In this document: piece after piece, positions 51,301 to 64,000 of the stretch
How positions within the stretch are numbered: position 1 is the stretch's first letter
Layout of the letters: each line of letters starts with the position of its first letter
NCBI GenBank assembly: GCA_000934665.2
Contig: JYFJ02001276.1
Span: 1 to 64,000 of the forward strand
Source of the DNA: Catajapyx aquilonaris
Lineage: Eukaryota
DNA: 64,000 nt
Reading direction: 5' to 3'
The notes under the pieces: generated by a model
The model's input: the letters and a program-made list of their open reading frames with translations, nothing else
The model's database searches: none
Told to the model about the DNA's origin: nothing
Position numbers and translations under genes: made by a program

Positions 51301-54300
51301 TTGTGAACATGCTAATTCACTGCTGCACAAAATGGATTAACAGTTCCTCAGAATATTTTCCAGGGCAAAAGTAAACTTCAATAATAAGAATACAAACAGA
51401 TATCTATTATTCTTGCTACTCTAATGTACATACCAGGCGCTTAACGAGTTTCTCAGCTGCTCAGTGAAGGGAGCTAGGTATGCAATGTGCCCTGCACAAA
51501 GCAGGACATCCCCTATCACCAGCCCTAGCTCCATCTCGTATTTCTCGGCATTCTCCTTCCAGCGCACCTGCTCCCCTGCCAGACCTCCCAGCAACACATC
51601 AGCTCTATCCAACCGAGCTTCACATAATGCAGCCCTTGCTTCCAGCATGGCCTTTTCAGCCTCTACAGCCTCCAGAGCAGCTCTCAGCTGACCCAACCGG
51701 TCCTCCAGCCTCTGCATTTCATCCTTAGTGAATGCCAACTTAGCCTCTGTCTCTGCCAGCTGTGATCTTGCAATAGACAGAGCCTGCCTCTTGGGTGCCA
51801 CGTTGAGAGCCACAAAATGATACTTGTACATGGCTCGCACCCACATGCAGATGGAACGACAAGCATGTGACACCTTGGCCACAACTTCTGGCTGGAATGT
51901 CTCTGAATTCATGTATGGTTCAATCTTCCGAATGATTTCATCTGGGATGTGATCTTTGTCATATTCCTTCAGTGAATCCAAAAATTTGGCAGGATCAGCA
52001 AGAAGGGCTTTGCCTACTTCCCAGTAATCATCCAGCTTCTCTCCAGGTTTCTCTCCAGGCACCCTCTTAGGCTTCACACCTTTCATAATGCACACAGCCT
52101 CAATCACCTGGATAAATGTGATAGGACAATAATTAGAAATGAAATATAAATCATCAAGTGAGGAACATTTACTTGCATAATAATCTAGCATGAATTAGTA
52201 CACTCATTTTAATTTAATCTAGAAATCACAGAACAGACATTCGACTTTAGATTTAGGTACATCACCTGGACAACTCCTTTGGGAGGACGTTGCATTGCCC
52301 GAACTTCAACAATGTCATTGCGGCTTAGCAGTTTCAAGCTGGAGAGGGCCTCATCTAGTAGGGGCAGAGCTTCATCCAGATCTCGCTGGGCATCATCTGC
52401 TATGGCCTGAGTGGCAGCTGTCTGCTCCTGTGCCAGCTGCTCCTCCACCTGAACACTGGCCCTCTTCTCCTCCGCCTCAGCAGCATCCCCAGCCATTGCC
52501 TCAAGCATCTCCTCGGCATGATGGCGTTTCTCCTCCAGCACTGGTGCCATCTCACCAAGTTCCACCTGGAGAACTGCCACTTCCTCCTGGGTGCTCTTCA
52601 GCTACAGAGGAATTTTTAACTTGTACTTCTGTTCTATTGCTGATATGTTAAAACTTTCCTATTTCCTTTGGATTATTACAAATCACTTGCCAAGTGCCAG
52701 TCAGGTAAAATTGGATTATGCAAATAAACAATGTAAAGCTAATTCATCACAATAATGCATAATGTGTATGTGTGAAAATCACACAGTGTCCAATCTAGTC
52801 AGTTGTGTGATGTAATCCTTAATTCTGTAATGTCTTTTTTTCCTCAGATATTTTCTCCTTCTACAAAAACATGTATTGCAGCTGAAACTCAAATTATGTA
52901 CTATCGTAGCCATCAATATTCGCTACATTATTTATTCCAGAGTAACTTATTACACAGTTCATTTATAGCTTAGTAAAAATCAAATTTTACGTCATTAAAA
53001 GAAACCTTAGCAGGCCGTACCTTGAGCAGGCCAGTCCTGAGCCTTTTAGCGCTGGCTACCAGCTGACCTGTGCACTTGTCCAGCAGAATCGAAAAGCACC
53101 CCAGCAGCTCCAGATATGAAGTAGGTGTCACATGAGCATGGCGACCAAACTCTTTGATGAACTGCACACATGCTTCTCCAGATGTCAAATGCATTAGTTG
53201 GCATACTGACACCAATCCTTTCACAGTCTTGTCACTTGTCAGCAAGTCATTCGTGCTCTGGCAGAGAGTGGACTCTGCCACGGACACCAGGGCCTCGGAA
53301 GGCCACTCTGAGAACCAGTCAATTGTGCAGCAATTAACCAGGGCAGGGAATTGCCTGAGGCGTGCTCTGAACACCTCCCCGATTGGACTCATTGCGAATA
53401 TGACGTGCACATTTTCACGGACCCTCTTGGTGAAGGTGGCAAACAGGTTAACCTTGGTTGGGGGCAATCCCTGGTTCTGGCAGGGAATCAGCATGCAATG
53501 GTAGATCTTCTCCAGTTCTTCAGAAGGATACAAGTTGGGGATGTCACCTGAATTGAGCAAGGAGTTCAGGTCCTCCAGGAAAGTCTCCGACTTGAGCTGG
53601 GTGTCAGCCAGAAGAAAGGCAGCAGCATTGTTGTTGTTTCCTGCAGGCAGAAGCATGCGCCGAAGATCTTCCCGCCACTCATTCATACCATAATTGCGGC
53701 TCAGTTCAATCTAAATAAGAAGAGATGAATAAACAGTTACGCACGCCCAGCTACATGGCTTGGATTTCATCCTGTGCTTGCAATGTAAGCAAAATCAAAG
53801 CTAAGTGGAGAAACTACAGGTACAACTAGGATTCATAAGAGGAAAATGGGGGGATTATGATCTCATTTGGGCATAAACATATCAGAATGGAGCTGGTTTT
53901 CATTTTCAGTAAGTTCAAAAGGTGGGGCAGTGAATCAGATTGTTCACCCCACCAACTGAAAAAGAAACTTGCTGCAAGGAAATATCAGGAGCACATTCCT
54001 TGTAGTGTTCTCTTCCCTTTAAATTGATTGATGGGGAGGCAAAATCCGACAAAAGTTTTCACCCTGGCGACTTGGGCAGGAAACCACCTTGCTTGTATAA
54101 ACTACATTTCATGCAAATTTTTCCAATGAATTCACTATCATAAACCAAAAACTAGCTACTGACACATCATAATTTCAGTACTGAATATCACAGAAACATA
54201 ATCAACCTGCGTGCAAGGCAGCTCTGCAGCATGTATTGCGAGTCTGGCCAGGCTCCTCCTGCCAGATCCACCAACGCCAAGAAGCAGAGCATGTCCCCTG

Positions 54301-57300
54301 GGTTGCCGAATCACTCTAGACATGCGGCAAGTATGCTCTATGGCATCAGCAAAGAGCACCAGCTTCATTGGGGCAGTGGTGGCTTGATTGTAATCATCTA
54401 AAAGTTCATTCAAAGCTTTAGACACCCTCTCCCGAGGAGTCATCTCCATGTAAGCAGGGTTGTCTGATGAAGGGCTCAGCACGTGTCCAAAGAGGGGAGG
54501 GGGCAGGCTTGGATCATTCAGCTTTGTCTGCACCAACATCTCAGTGTTGATGTGTTGTGACAGCTCCCAAGTCAGTTCCGCATTCAGCCAACTGCGATCT
54601 TCTTCACAAGTTAGCCTGCAACATTTCCAGATTTAAGCTACTCCCACTATTTATCAAGTAACTTACACTACAGAGTGCACATACACTTGAATCTGGATAT
54701 AACAGACATCAAGGGAACACAGAAGCCAGTCTGTTATAGCCAAATACACAAACCATGATTATATTATGGAAGTATGGCAGGACCGGCCTTTTGAGTCTGT
54801 TATACCCGAGGCTGTTATATCCAGATTCACCTGTACATGAAAGCGTACAGTACAATCCAGGTGTTTAAAAAATTCTAACCAACTCAATTTTCTCGCCAAA
54901 AAATTCCACTTGCATGTCAGAACCTGGCACATCACGATAGCAAAAGAGGAGAGTTGAAATCATAAATGAAAACCTGTTTCTAAAAATCCACAACTTGTAT
55001 CACTCGCTAACAAAAATCACCAAGGTACCTGTCTCCAAACACTCGCAAGTGTTCATGCCACCAAAGGCGAACCATGTTTCGTTTTCCCTCTGCCTCTGCC
55101 ATGACCATGCCTTGAAACACCTTGGACATGTCCCGCAGGTTGAAAGTGTAGTGGGACTTTGCTGGGGTTGGAAGTAGCTGAGCAGCAATGGCATTGTACA
55201 CAGCAATAGAAGCAGTTACCAGGCCTGTTCCGGTCCCTTCTGTTACACTGTCATCCCAGTCATCCACAGCAGCAATTGGTGTGTCGGAACCACTTTCACT
55301 GACACCCACTTCCTCCACAACAATTTTTTTGGCGGTAAGGGGCTTCTTGGAGGGTTTATTCAGCCACCAGCTTATTACTGTGCCAAATATCCTCTCCTGT
55401 TGATGACAAATAAATAAACATGGTGTCAAATAATGACAATTGGACAAAATAGTAAACATAAAGCACTTCTGCAAGAGACACTCAAGCATGAATTTCCCTT
55501 CTTATTCAATTACGCATGTTCCACACATTTCAGCTTAAACTGCATCAATTCCATTAATAAATAATAATGGCACATTCATTATTATGCTAAGGACAAACAG
55601 GTTGGGAAATAAACACACCCTGTCAAAGAGGGTAGAGGCCCGCAGCATAAAATTTTAAAGTAAATATGCGCACACATATTATTTTACATAACTTATTCAT
55701 AACATAACCATATAAATTCTTCACTGTCACAGCAGTCAACTACAACACACCTTGCTGGAATCTTCCACCTCTGGAAAGGCAAGGAAATTGAAGTGCCTCA
55801 GCAGTCTTGCAGTAACTGGATTCCTGCCACCTCCAGGCAGTCCCATGGCCCCTACCAGGTTGACGTCCACCAGGGTCAGGAACTCACCAACCTGCCTCCG
55901 ATCATACCACCCTCCACAGTCCATCCATTGCCTCAGCAGCTCAATGGGTGGCTGGGCTCCATACACCTCCAAAGCGGGCATGTTCAAGTCATCCACAAAA
56001 AACACCATCTTCTTGCCCAGTGGTGGACCATAGACGCCTTTCCTTCGCTTGTCCAGCTTCACATCCACCAGGTCCTGAGTCTGGTTGGCTGATGTCCGAG
56101 CCGAGAACACAAGGCAATCGGCAATAAAGTTCGATGGCAAACCACGAGCCAGCTTTTCCCCTACAGCTGTGCTTTTGCCAGTTCCAGTTGGACCAAGGCA
56201 CAGAACTGGTTTCTCTGCCTCAACCAGACGGCCTAAAAGTGCCGAGCTTCGGACTGTGTCCAGAGTGGGAACAAAGATGTCTGAATACCGCACCTGGACA
56301 AGGATGGTAATATGGAATATGGTAAAATGTCATAGATGGAAGTACTGTATTTAAAATAATTACGTCCTACAACCAATACTTATTTGCTAAAACTGAAGCC
56401 ACATGTATTTTGCAATAAATTTAACAAAAACAACAGTTACCCTGCCATGACATTCTCCGTGAAAGGAGTAGTCAGTGATTAAGAAAGTGACACAATAAAT
56501 ATGCAAAATTAAAATTAACAAAATATAACCACACTGTACTTCGTAAAACAATATTCCAAGCAAAAAAGTCCTACCTCCTGATCAGTAGGTATTTTGTAAG
56601 GAGGGCGTCCCTCCATCCACCCAACCCACATGGGTGGCCTGAACTCTGTGACGTCCAGATTGTTGGTACCACCATCGTCCAAACGATAGTCGTACACCAA
56701 CCCTTCCTCAGGAAACAGCATTGGAACCTTCACAAAGGTATTGGACTCCCTTGACTTTTCGTAAAGGGTGTTGCGAAGCCAGTAATCAAACTTATTACGG
56801 CCATCATTGTCACAAGTTGCCCCCACAGACCACACCAGTGAGAAGAGAAAGTAGTATTCAATCACATTTGCTGGAAAAATATTAGAAGATGCAAGGAAGT
56901 ACTATTACAACCAGTTAGAAGTGAATTAGTCTCTACACAATTAGCGTACCAACTAAGAAAAATATGAATAATGCATGCATGAGAACATTTCTTTAGCAAC
57001 AGCACCTGTGATGATTTGAGTGTGAACACCACAAAAGACCGATGCAAGAGCATCCATAATGCAAGTAACATTCAAAAACCACTCACGCAGTGTTTGCAGC
57101 CTGGGATCCACCATGGCTCTAGGCTCCCCAGCTAAAAATGGAGCCAGAAGTGATTCCATGAGCTTGAGCAGGGAGGCCACCAGGCCACAATCTGCTGAAG
57201 GCACCATCTCTTTCACATCACTTCGGATGCACTTTATGGCAGGTTCCACTAACTCCATCATGATGGTTTTTGCTCTGGCACCTGCCATTATGAGCGGCTT

Positions 57301-60300
57301 GGGAAGGCCTTTAAAAAACCATTGATAAGATTGAAATCAAATAATTTTGTTTGTGGTCATTCCATTCCACAAAAAAGCCACATAATCTATCTCACCAAGA
57401 AGCCAGCAGGTGATGAATGGCTGCAGACCCAGCAGCCTAGGTTCCAGATAAACCATCCCGCATCTGGACACTGTGGCTGGGGATGCTACAGCTAGGTCAG
57501 CCACCTCGAACATCATGGTCATACGGCTAGTGAGTATGATGATCTCTCCTGAAGTCAGGCAGAGCTTCTTGTTGTCATCAAGCACTGTGTTCAGGTTCTC
57601 GATCCAAACAGCATCCACAGGCCCATCCAGGATATACCAGTGCCTTTCTGTGTTGTCCTCTGTGGATGCTCCACCTCGCATCAGAGAAGCAAGGACACCG
57701 TCAGTCCATTCATGGGTCATCATGTTGAACTCTCCATACAACTGGCCCATTGTGATAGATTTGGGGTTGAGAATCTGAGCATGCACTCCCTGGAATGGCT
57801 GTCCAGATGGGGAGGGCTCACCCTTGAGAGAGTTGAGGGCAGCCTGCAGGACCTTGTAGCATTTAGTCTTTCCAGAGCCAGTAGGACCAACCAGCATAAG
57901 TCCATGGCGGACAACTGTTGTTTCATACAGCTGGATAGTCTTCATTACAAAGGCTGAAGATGCATGTGAATATTATTGAAATATCATTGTCATTCATATG
58001 CAATTGGGGTGCTCAGAGGAAGAACGACATATCCCAATCATCCTCTCCAATATTTTCAAGTTGGTAGTGCTGTTGTACTCTCCTTCCATCTACCTTTCAT
58101 GTGCTGAAGTACCAAATGAATTGGGACATGCCAAAGCTCACATATTCCACTTGTAAAATTTGTCTGTAGGCTTGTAGCTTTAGCTGCATGATAAACCAAA
58201 ACACAAAAAGCCACTTTTCTCAAAACGAACTCCGGTTGGGATAAGCCATTCTTCCTCTGAGTGCCTCAATTAATTAGATAAGCTCATCATCAATAAAAAT
58301 GTAAAGTATTCAACAGGTGCACAGGAAAGAGAGCCATACATTTGCTTCAGAGTAATTCATAAGAAAATATTTCACATCAAAATTAAGTGAGACGTAATAA
58401 TTATATTGATTGATTTCTTAGGAAGAAGACAATGTAACTAAGGCTAATATGGTTATAACTTCTTATGTAAAATAAATTATGTGATATAATTATGACAGAT
58501 GAGGACAAATCAGGAAAAAATAAAAGAGACACCCATGCAGGCTGGGGTAGGACAATCATGTATTCTTCTTGTCAGGGAAAAATATTCCACCGAGGAAACA
58601 GCCTTGCAGAGCATGCACACATCAGCTGAGTCCAAGCTGAATAAAGCAAATGAATTTCTGATATTTTTAAAATCATTATTTTTACTTTTATATCACTTTT
58701 TTCACCTAGTATCCATCAGGAAGTGAAAAAAGCCTATGATTTGCTTTACAGCGAAAGTGTGGAACTGAACATGCCGTATTATCAAGGTATGCCTGCACAT
58801 TGCTTGCCTTATTAAATAACTACAACTTTAATGCCATATTATGAGTGGAAGGTCATAAATCAAAGTATAGGCTCACCATCTACATCTTCCAGCAGCATCT
58901 TCTTGCAGCCCTTCCGTATGCTTAGCTCTAGAGATCCATAGTCCACCTGTTTCATCACTAGGCCAGGAAACAGGTCTGAAACAATGCCTGCAAAGATACG
59001 TCAACAAAATATGTTAACAAACTTGGCGCATGTGCAATTGTACAAGAGAAAGGCCCTCACCATCGAATAACTTTAGGTCATCTTGCAGGAACTTTGGTAC
59101 ATTGACATCTCTTATAGCCCTCAGCACAATCTGGTCCTCCTCTAAATGCGACTGCTCCCTCTTCAGATTCCCAGCAGCTGCAATGACAGTCTTCACAGCC
59201 CGCATGCCAAAGTCGTAGTGATCTTGAGCGGAGAGCTGCTCTGAGCTAAGTTTAAATGTAGTAGTGATCTTCCCAGCAAGAAGCTTAGCTTCACTAAATC
59301 CAAAGGAGAATAGCGATATCTCAGCAATTAGGGTGTAGTTGGGAACCATCATGGCCACAGGACGGAACAATGCCTTCAGGTTGTCAGGCAACTCTGTCCG
59401 GCCAGCATATCCTGGATTCATTGTGATGAAAACGGCACATGATGCCTTTAGGCTCAGCTCCATTCCCTCAAATACAAATCGCTCTGCGTGAGCTGCTTGT
59501 GCCTTCTGTATAGTGGTTATCTGCTGAGCCACCACAGACAATACCTCCACATCAATGCGGTTAAATTCATCAAAGCAGGCCCAGGCCCCAGCTGTGGCTA
59601 GTCCCTTGAAGAATTTACCCATAGCCATGACGTCCAGCTGATCAGAGCAGTTGAACACCACACACTGAACAGCCATTGCCTTAGCTAGATCTTTTGTGGT
59701 TTCAGTTTTTCCTGTGCCTGCAGGGCCAGCAGGTGCACCTCCAAACTTCAGGTGCAGGGCCCCGGTCAGGGTCAAATAGCAACGATCTGTCAGAGGGGTG
59801 ATGACCAATCGCCCACTGTTTCCAAGGTACTCAAACCCATATGGAAACTCAGCATTCACTGCACGAACCACCAGGCTATCATTCAGCCAGTAGTACCTGA
59901 ATCATTAGCCAAAAATACTTTGAGTAGTTTTCTTTCTGAACAATCGAGTCTACTTTAATCAGCTACATACTTCAAAGTTATCACAAAACTTCTCTGAGTT
60001 GTACTTCTTGGATATGTATTATAATATTATAAATTCAGAGCAATAAAATTCTCTTCATACTCTGACAATGTTTGATGCCAAATAGCCTTAATTTCATTGT
60101 GTCACAAAATAACTCAATTACACGGCTAGCACCTAAACTGCTATTGCTTTCTAATTACTGTATTATTATTCATTTCAGAGAAAAATTCCACTCACCTCAG
60201 TTGACTGATCCATTCAAAATCGTTGCAAGATGCAACTTGCTCAGTGACCAGGGTGCTCACAACATCTCTGGCATGGACCTCAATAACAATCAATGCTGAC

Positions 60301-63161
60301 AGCACCTCTCTCTCCACTCTGAGGAGATCCCCTTTCACTAATTCTCGAAGACCATCCAGCTGAAATTTGAAATAATAATGTAATAACCACCAGAATTTAT
60401 TGTCATATGCCTAATAAAAACCACAACAGCAGCAGAATATTGACCAATCAAAACTCCTTCCAAAACTGCAAGTAAGTTTATCTTATAAAATAACCGAAGC
60501 AGGTTGGTGTAGTGGATATGGAGTCCGCCTGCTAATCGGGAGGTCCTGGGTTCGAATCCCGGTGCCGGCAACTCTAACCGTGGTTTTCTGTGGTTTCCCA
60601 CGGTTCCTCCAGGAGAATTCCGGAGTTGTTTCCTAAACTAATAGGCCACAGCCGCCTCCTTCCTTTCCTATCCTATCCCGAAAAGCACAGTAAAAACGAA
60701 ATGAAGAGTTCCAGTCAAAAAAATCCCCCCTAAAGAGCCGCCGGCTGATAACGGGGTATGAATTATTATATCTTATAAAATAAACCATCGTGTTCCTGTG
60801 CATGAAGCCACAAGTTTGATATCAATCTACTCATATATTATAGTCTTCAGTTTCATTGTACGGTGCAGTACAGTAGGCCTACCGTTCATAAAGAATGGTA
60901 TGGACGAAATGTTTATTCTGTTCCCAACCCCTGGATCACCAGCATGTTTTTAGGGGTCACGAGAAAGTCTGGGAAAAGGGAAACAAAATAAATAAAAAAG
61001 AGAAGAAAAAACAAAGCAAAATAGGAAAACCTTAGTGGTGAAATCCACATCAAATCTACGTAAGCATTGCACCGGGTTGAACATTTTGGTCATTAAAATC
61101 CTTATTTAAAAATTGGGATGGGTTATACCAGTCACCAGAGGTCCAGAAAAGGTTGTCCATAGGGTGTTGTCGAATTAAGGTTGGGAATAACGCTCGACAA
61201 TCTGGATAAACATTTCGTCCACAGAGTCGCACGATTCTTATGAGCGGGACTGTACATCATCCATCCAGCATAAGCACACACCCATCACAATATCCCCCAC
61301 TACCATCAGTCTAATGCTGCTATATTCATGGGTAATTTCAACTCAAGGAGGTGGCCACACCTGTCTGAAGTGTACACCTTATTAAAATTGTGATTATGAA
61401 CTGATTACTCATTTTCCATCGGGCATAATATATTTAGTCTCCTAATGGTTTTGTTTATACATCCTGTAATGCAAGTGGCCAACCCCTCATGTTAACCCTA
61501 GGACCTCTTCCACCTTCCTTGATCACAATACCTGCTTTAGCATGACGCTGTAATAGTCTGCGAGTGCCCCAACCGAGATGGCATTTTCCACTTGTGCTGA
61601 CCAGAAGACCTGCCCACCAGCAATGACTAATTGGCCAGGCCATTGCAGAACCCACTTGTCTCGTGGCACCTTCAGGTAGTCAACTAGGGAATCAGCCAGC
61701 ACCAACCTCAGCGATTCCCTCATTGCTTCCTCCACCATGGACAGCCATTCTTCCACATTGCTTGTAGGTTGAATATGCATCCTGAATTCCACCACCTCCC
61801 CCTCGGCAGACATCATGGCTGTGATCCTCTGACCCTTCTCAGGTGACTCAAAGCGCAATCGGTGAATGCTCTCAAAACATTTACGCAGATGAGGCTGCAC
61901 AGCTGAAGGGTCTCGCGTCTGGCTCAGGATCTCCAGAAGCTCATCGTCTGAGAGGAAGTAGAAGCGTGGGAAGTAGAGACGCTTGGTCTCCAGGTATTCA
62001 CTCAGGCCCTTCTCGACTTGAACCAAGAGCTGGTTGCACTCACGCATGTTTTTCACCTGGAGTTATGGGTTGGAGAGGGATCAGGGATTTCGAGGTGATT
62101 AGGGTTACATTTTTTGAACATGGCTACAATATTTCGCAAAGGCCGTTATGAGTCATGTCATGAGGGTATTTACAAATTACTACGGATTTACAAGGAGACA
62201 GAATGCAGGATTGACAATATCATTTTAAAAACTGACAGTAGTAGAAGCAATTGGTATACAGTATATAAATCTCAGTTTAAAACACTAAAAACAAAGTGGG
62301 CATTAAAAACAAAAATAAAATAAATTCATAAATCATTACAATACCAGCTTCTGGTCGGCACAAAAGTCGATTAATTGTGGGTTTTCCTTTGCATTCTTCA
62401 TAACTCTCCTCCACGTCCTCTCCATGCTCTGAAACAGCTTTGTCTCAAGGGGGAGCTGCTGGGCTATGTCTGGGCTAGAGAAGATGGCCTCTAAATAAAG
62501 CCAGCTTCTCTGGCACTCCACCCACTGCTCCAATGCATCCTGGGCCAGGCGAAGCTTCTTCTCCCATTCCATGATCCTCGTCACAAAGGCCTCTCTGTAG
62601 GGGCTAAACACCATGGCCTGAGTCATCACAATATGGTCATCCAGCTGTTGGGTCACTTCCTCAGGGCAACTCATGATGTATGTGCCTGTGTCCTTGTATG
62701 GCATGATGTCCAGCATGATGGGTTCCCACTCATGCTGCATCTTGTCCAGGGTTTGCTCAATGGCATATTCTTTTCCAGCCGTCTCACCAATGCGAGCAAT
62801 GGCATCCACATAAGTGGATAGCCCCATCTGCAAGCACTTCTCAAAGTTCGTAGTAGTTTTGACCACAAGTTTAATGCCAGTCTCATCAGAGAGCTGTTCC
62901 CAGTGGCGCTGGCGCATTCCAGGATTCCGTAGGGCTTGGATAAGAGGGAGGTGCTGCTTGAAGTCGTCCAGCTGAATCTTGGTGTCTTCCGCAATGATGC
63001 GCACATTGTCAAGCTCCACAAATGTTCTTATGCACTTTGCCATATTACGTGATGACTCTATCAAAGTCTTCTCTACAATGTCTGGGTCCACAGATGACAT
63101 TGGGTCTTTCAGCCAGCTGTCACGCAGCTTCATCCACTCAGCAACAGTGACCCACAAGGAC
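45320..63161 (-). CDS. DNAH1: Axonemal dynein heavy chain, DNAH1-like (multi-exon; 5' part lies beyond the window)
   Basis: AAA P-loops [24 protein letters not shown] and [53 protein letters not shown]; ends [15 protein letters not shown]. Dynein call is firm; the DNAH1 subtype rests on recall of the C-terminus. Confidence 0.9.
48872..49023. mobile_element. PIF/Harbinger-like MITE in a dynein intron
   Basis: taa|gggccagttgcacca...ggttcagg at the left and cctgaacc...tggtgcaaccagc at the right. Confidence 0.55.
54684..54833. mobile_element. 150-bp copy of the CAGTTGAATCCGGATATAAC MITE family, TA flanks
   Basis: ta|cacttgaatctggatataac ... gttatatccagattcacctg|ta. Confidence 0.85.
60494..60768 (+). 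mobile_element. tRNA-derived SINE with 15-bp TSD, in a dynein intron
   Basis: A box TGGTGTAGTGG at 60505 and B box GGTTCGAATCC at 60549; TSD tatcttataaaataa at 60479-60493 and 60769-60783; short ATT-type tail. Confidence 0.9.
60871..61252. mobile_element. Tc1-like MITE containing a probable nested hAT(Charlie)-like fragment
   Basis: Outer: ta|cagt...cgttcataaagaat...tggacgaaatgtttat versus ataaacatttcgtcca...attcttatgagcgggactg|ta. Inner: gttcccaacc (about 60920) and ggttgggaa (about 61179). Confidence 0.55.
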
Positions 63162-63347
63162 CTGTCATTCAAGTTATTTTAGTTTTTTATAAGTACAATG
63201 AAGTTAACTATGTTTTCAAAATGATGCTATTCTTGTGACTAGTTATATGCAGAATCTCAATCGCACATGATATATTACCCCACGGCTTTCTTGGGGATTT
63301 CTGAATATTATCTTCTTCCACCATTTTCGTCGCTCAAACTTTTTATA

Positions 63348-63985
63348 TAGGGTAAATCGGGCAAGTGCAGACGGATTTTGATTAGGTGCAGTATAAAGGC
63401 ATGCTACTTCCTCAGTAATTAGCTCATGAGGAAAAAAAGGAATGGATCATATACCTTACCTGATTGGCTTTCAAAATGACATCTTGTACAACATTCATCT
63501 ATGTGGGTACTACGAAAAATAATTAAAATATGCACATGGTGCACAGTGACACACTTGCCCCGCAACATGGGGCAAGTGCGACTTTGGAATTTTATCACAG
63601 TAATAAACATTTTTCAGGTTGGATAGGACTGGTGCCACAAAGACACAAACTTCCTCTGTCAGTCTGTGTTTTCCAAATAAAAATTTACCAACTAGTTATT
63701 TCAGGACAAACTTTTATTCACTGAGACTATGAAACAGATTGGCTAACAGTACTGGCATTATCTGATTTAAATGCATCATGTCAAAGTGTTTTCACACCAG
63801 TGTTCGAAATTAGCCTGTCACCAGTCACGGACTATCCATTGGTGACCACAAAAATACGTCTTGTCACCTCTTCTGGCGACATATAACTTTATTCCTCAAA
63901 TATTGCATTTAGATCCACATATCCGTATTAATTGGGTATGCACTTGCCCCTGACGATGCCTAGTAAGGGTCAAGTGCGTCACCCT
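63348..63985. mobile_element. Degenerate DNA-transposon remnant with repeated GGGCAAGTGC / CACTTGCCC motifs
   Basis: Motif recurs in both orientations at about 63359, 63552, 63570, 63940 and 63968. Confidence 0.4.
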
Positions 63986-64000
63986 TTAAAAAACCATCCT

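Noticed and set aside
60498..60572. tRNA gene
   Set aside because: Followed by about 200 bp of SINE body and flanked by a TSD, so it is the head of a SINE.

Overview
Eukaryotic (animal, probably arthropod) genomic DNA with short GT-AG introns; no prokaryotic features. From about 20 kb onward it is a compact run of conserved genes: an SLC6 Na+/Cl- transporter (+), ZFAND2B/AIRAPL-like (+), EEF1AKMT2/METTL10 (+), calpain-15/small optic lobes (-), a Gab/daughter-of-sevenless adaptor (+) and the 3' part of an axonemal dynein heavy chain, DNAH1-like (-). Introns and spacers carry several MITEs and a tRNA-derived SINE. The first 17 kb are transposon-rich. They hold a tail-less histone H1 globular domain, a FLYWCH exon, a MADF domain, a basic exon and an open pogo-type DD35D transposase ORF. 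Each of these ends in a predicted phase-2 splice donor, and they lie upstream of two paralogous two-exon coiled-coil modules that both begin with a phase-2 acceptor. This suggests a variable DNA-binding-domain / constant-tail locus, possibly with a captured transposase. All exon models were read by eye from splice signals and reading frame; there is no transcript evidence, and an assembly N at 14753 lies inside the cluster.
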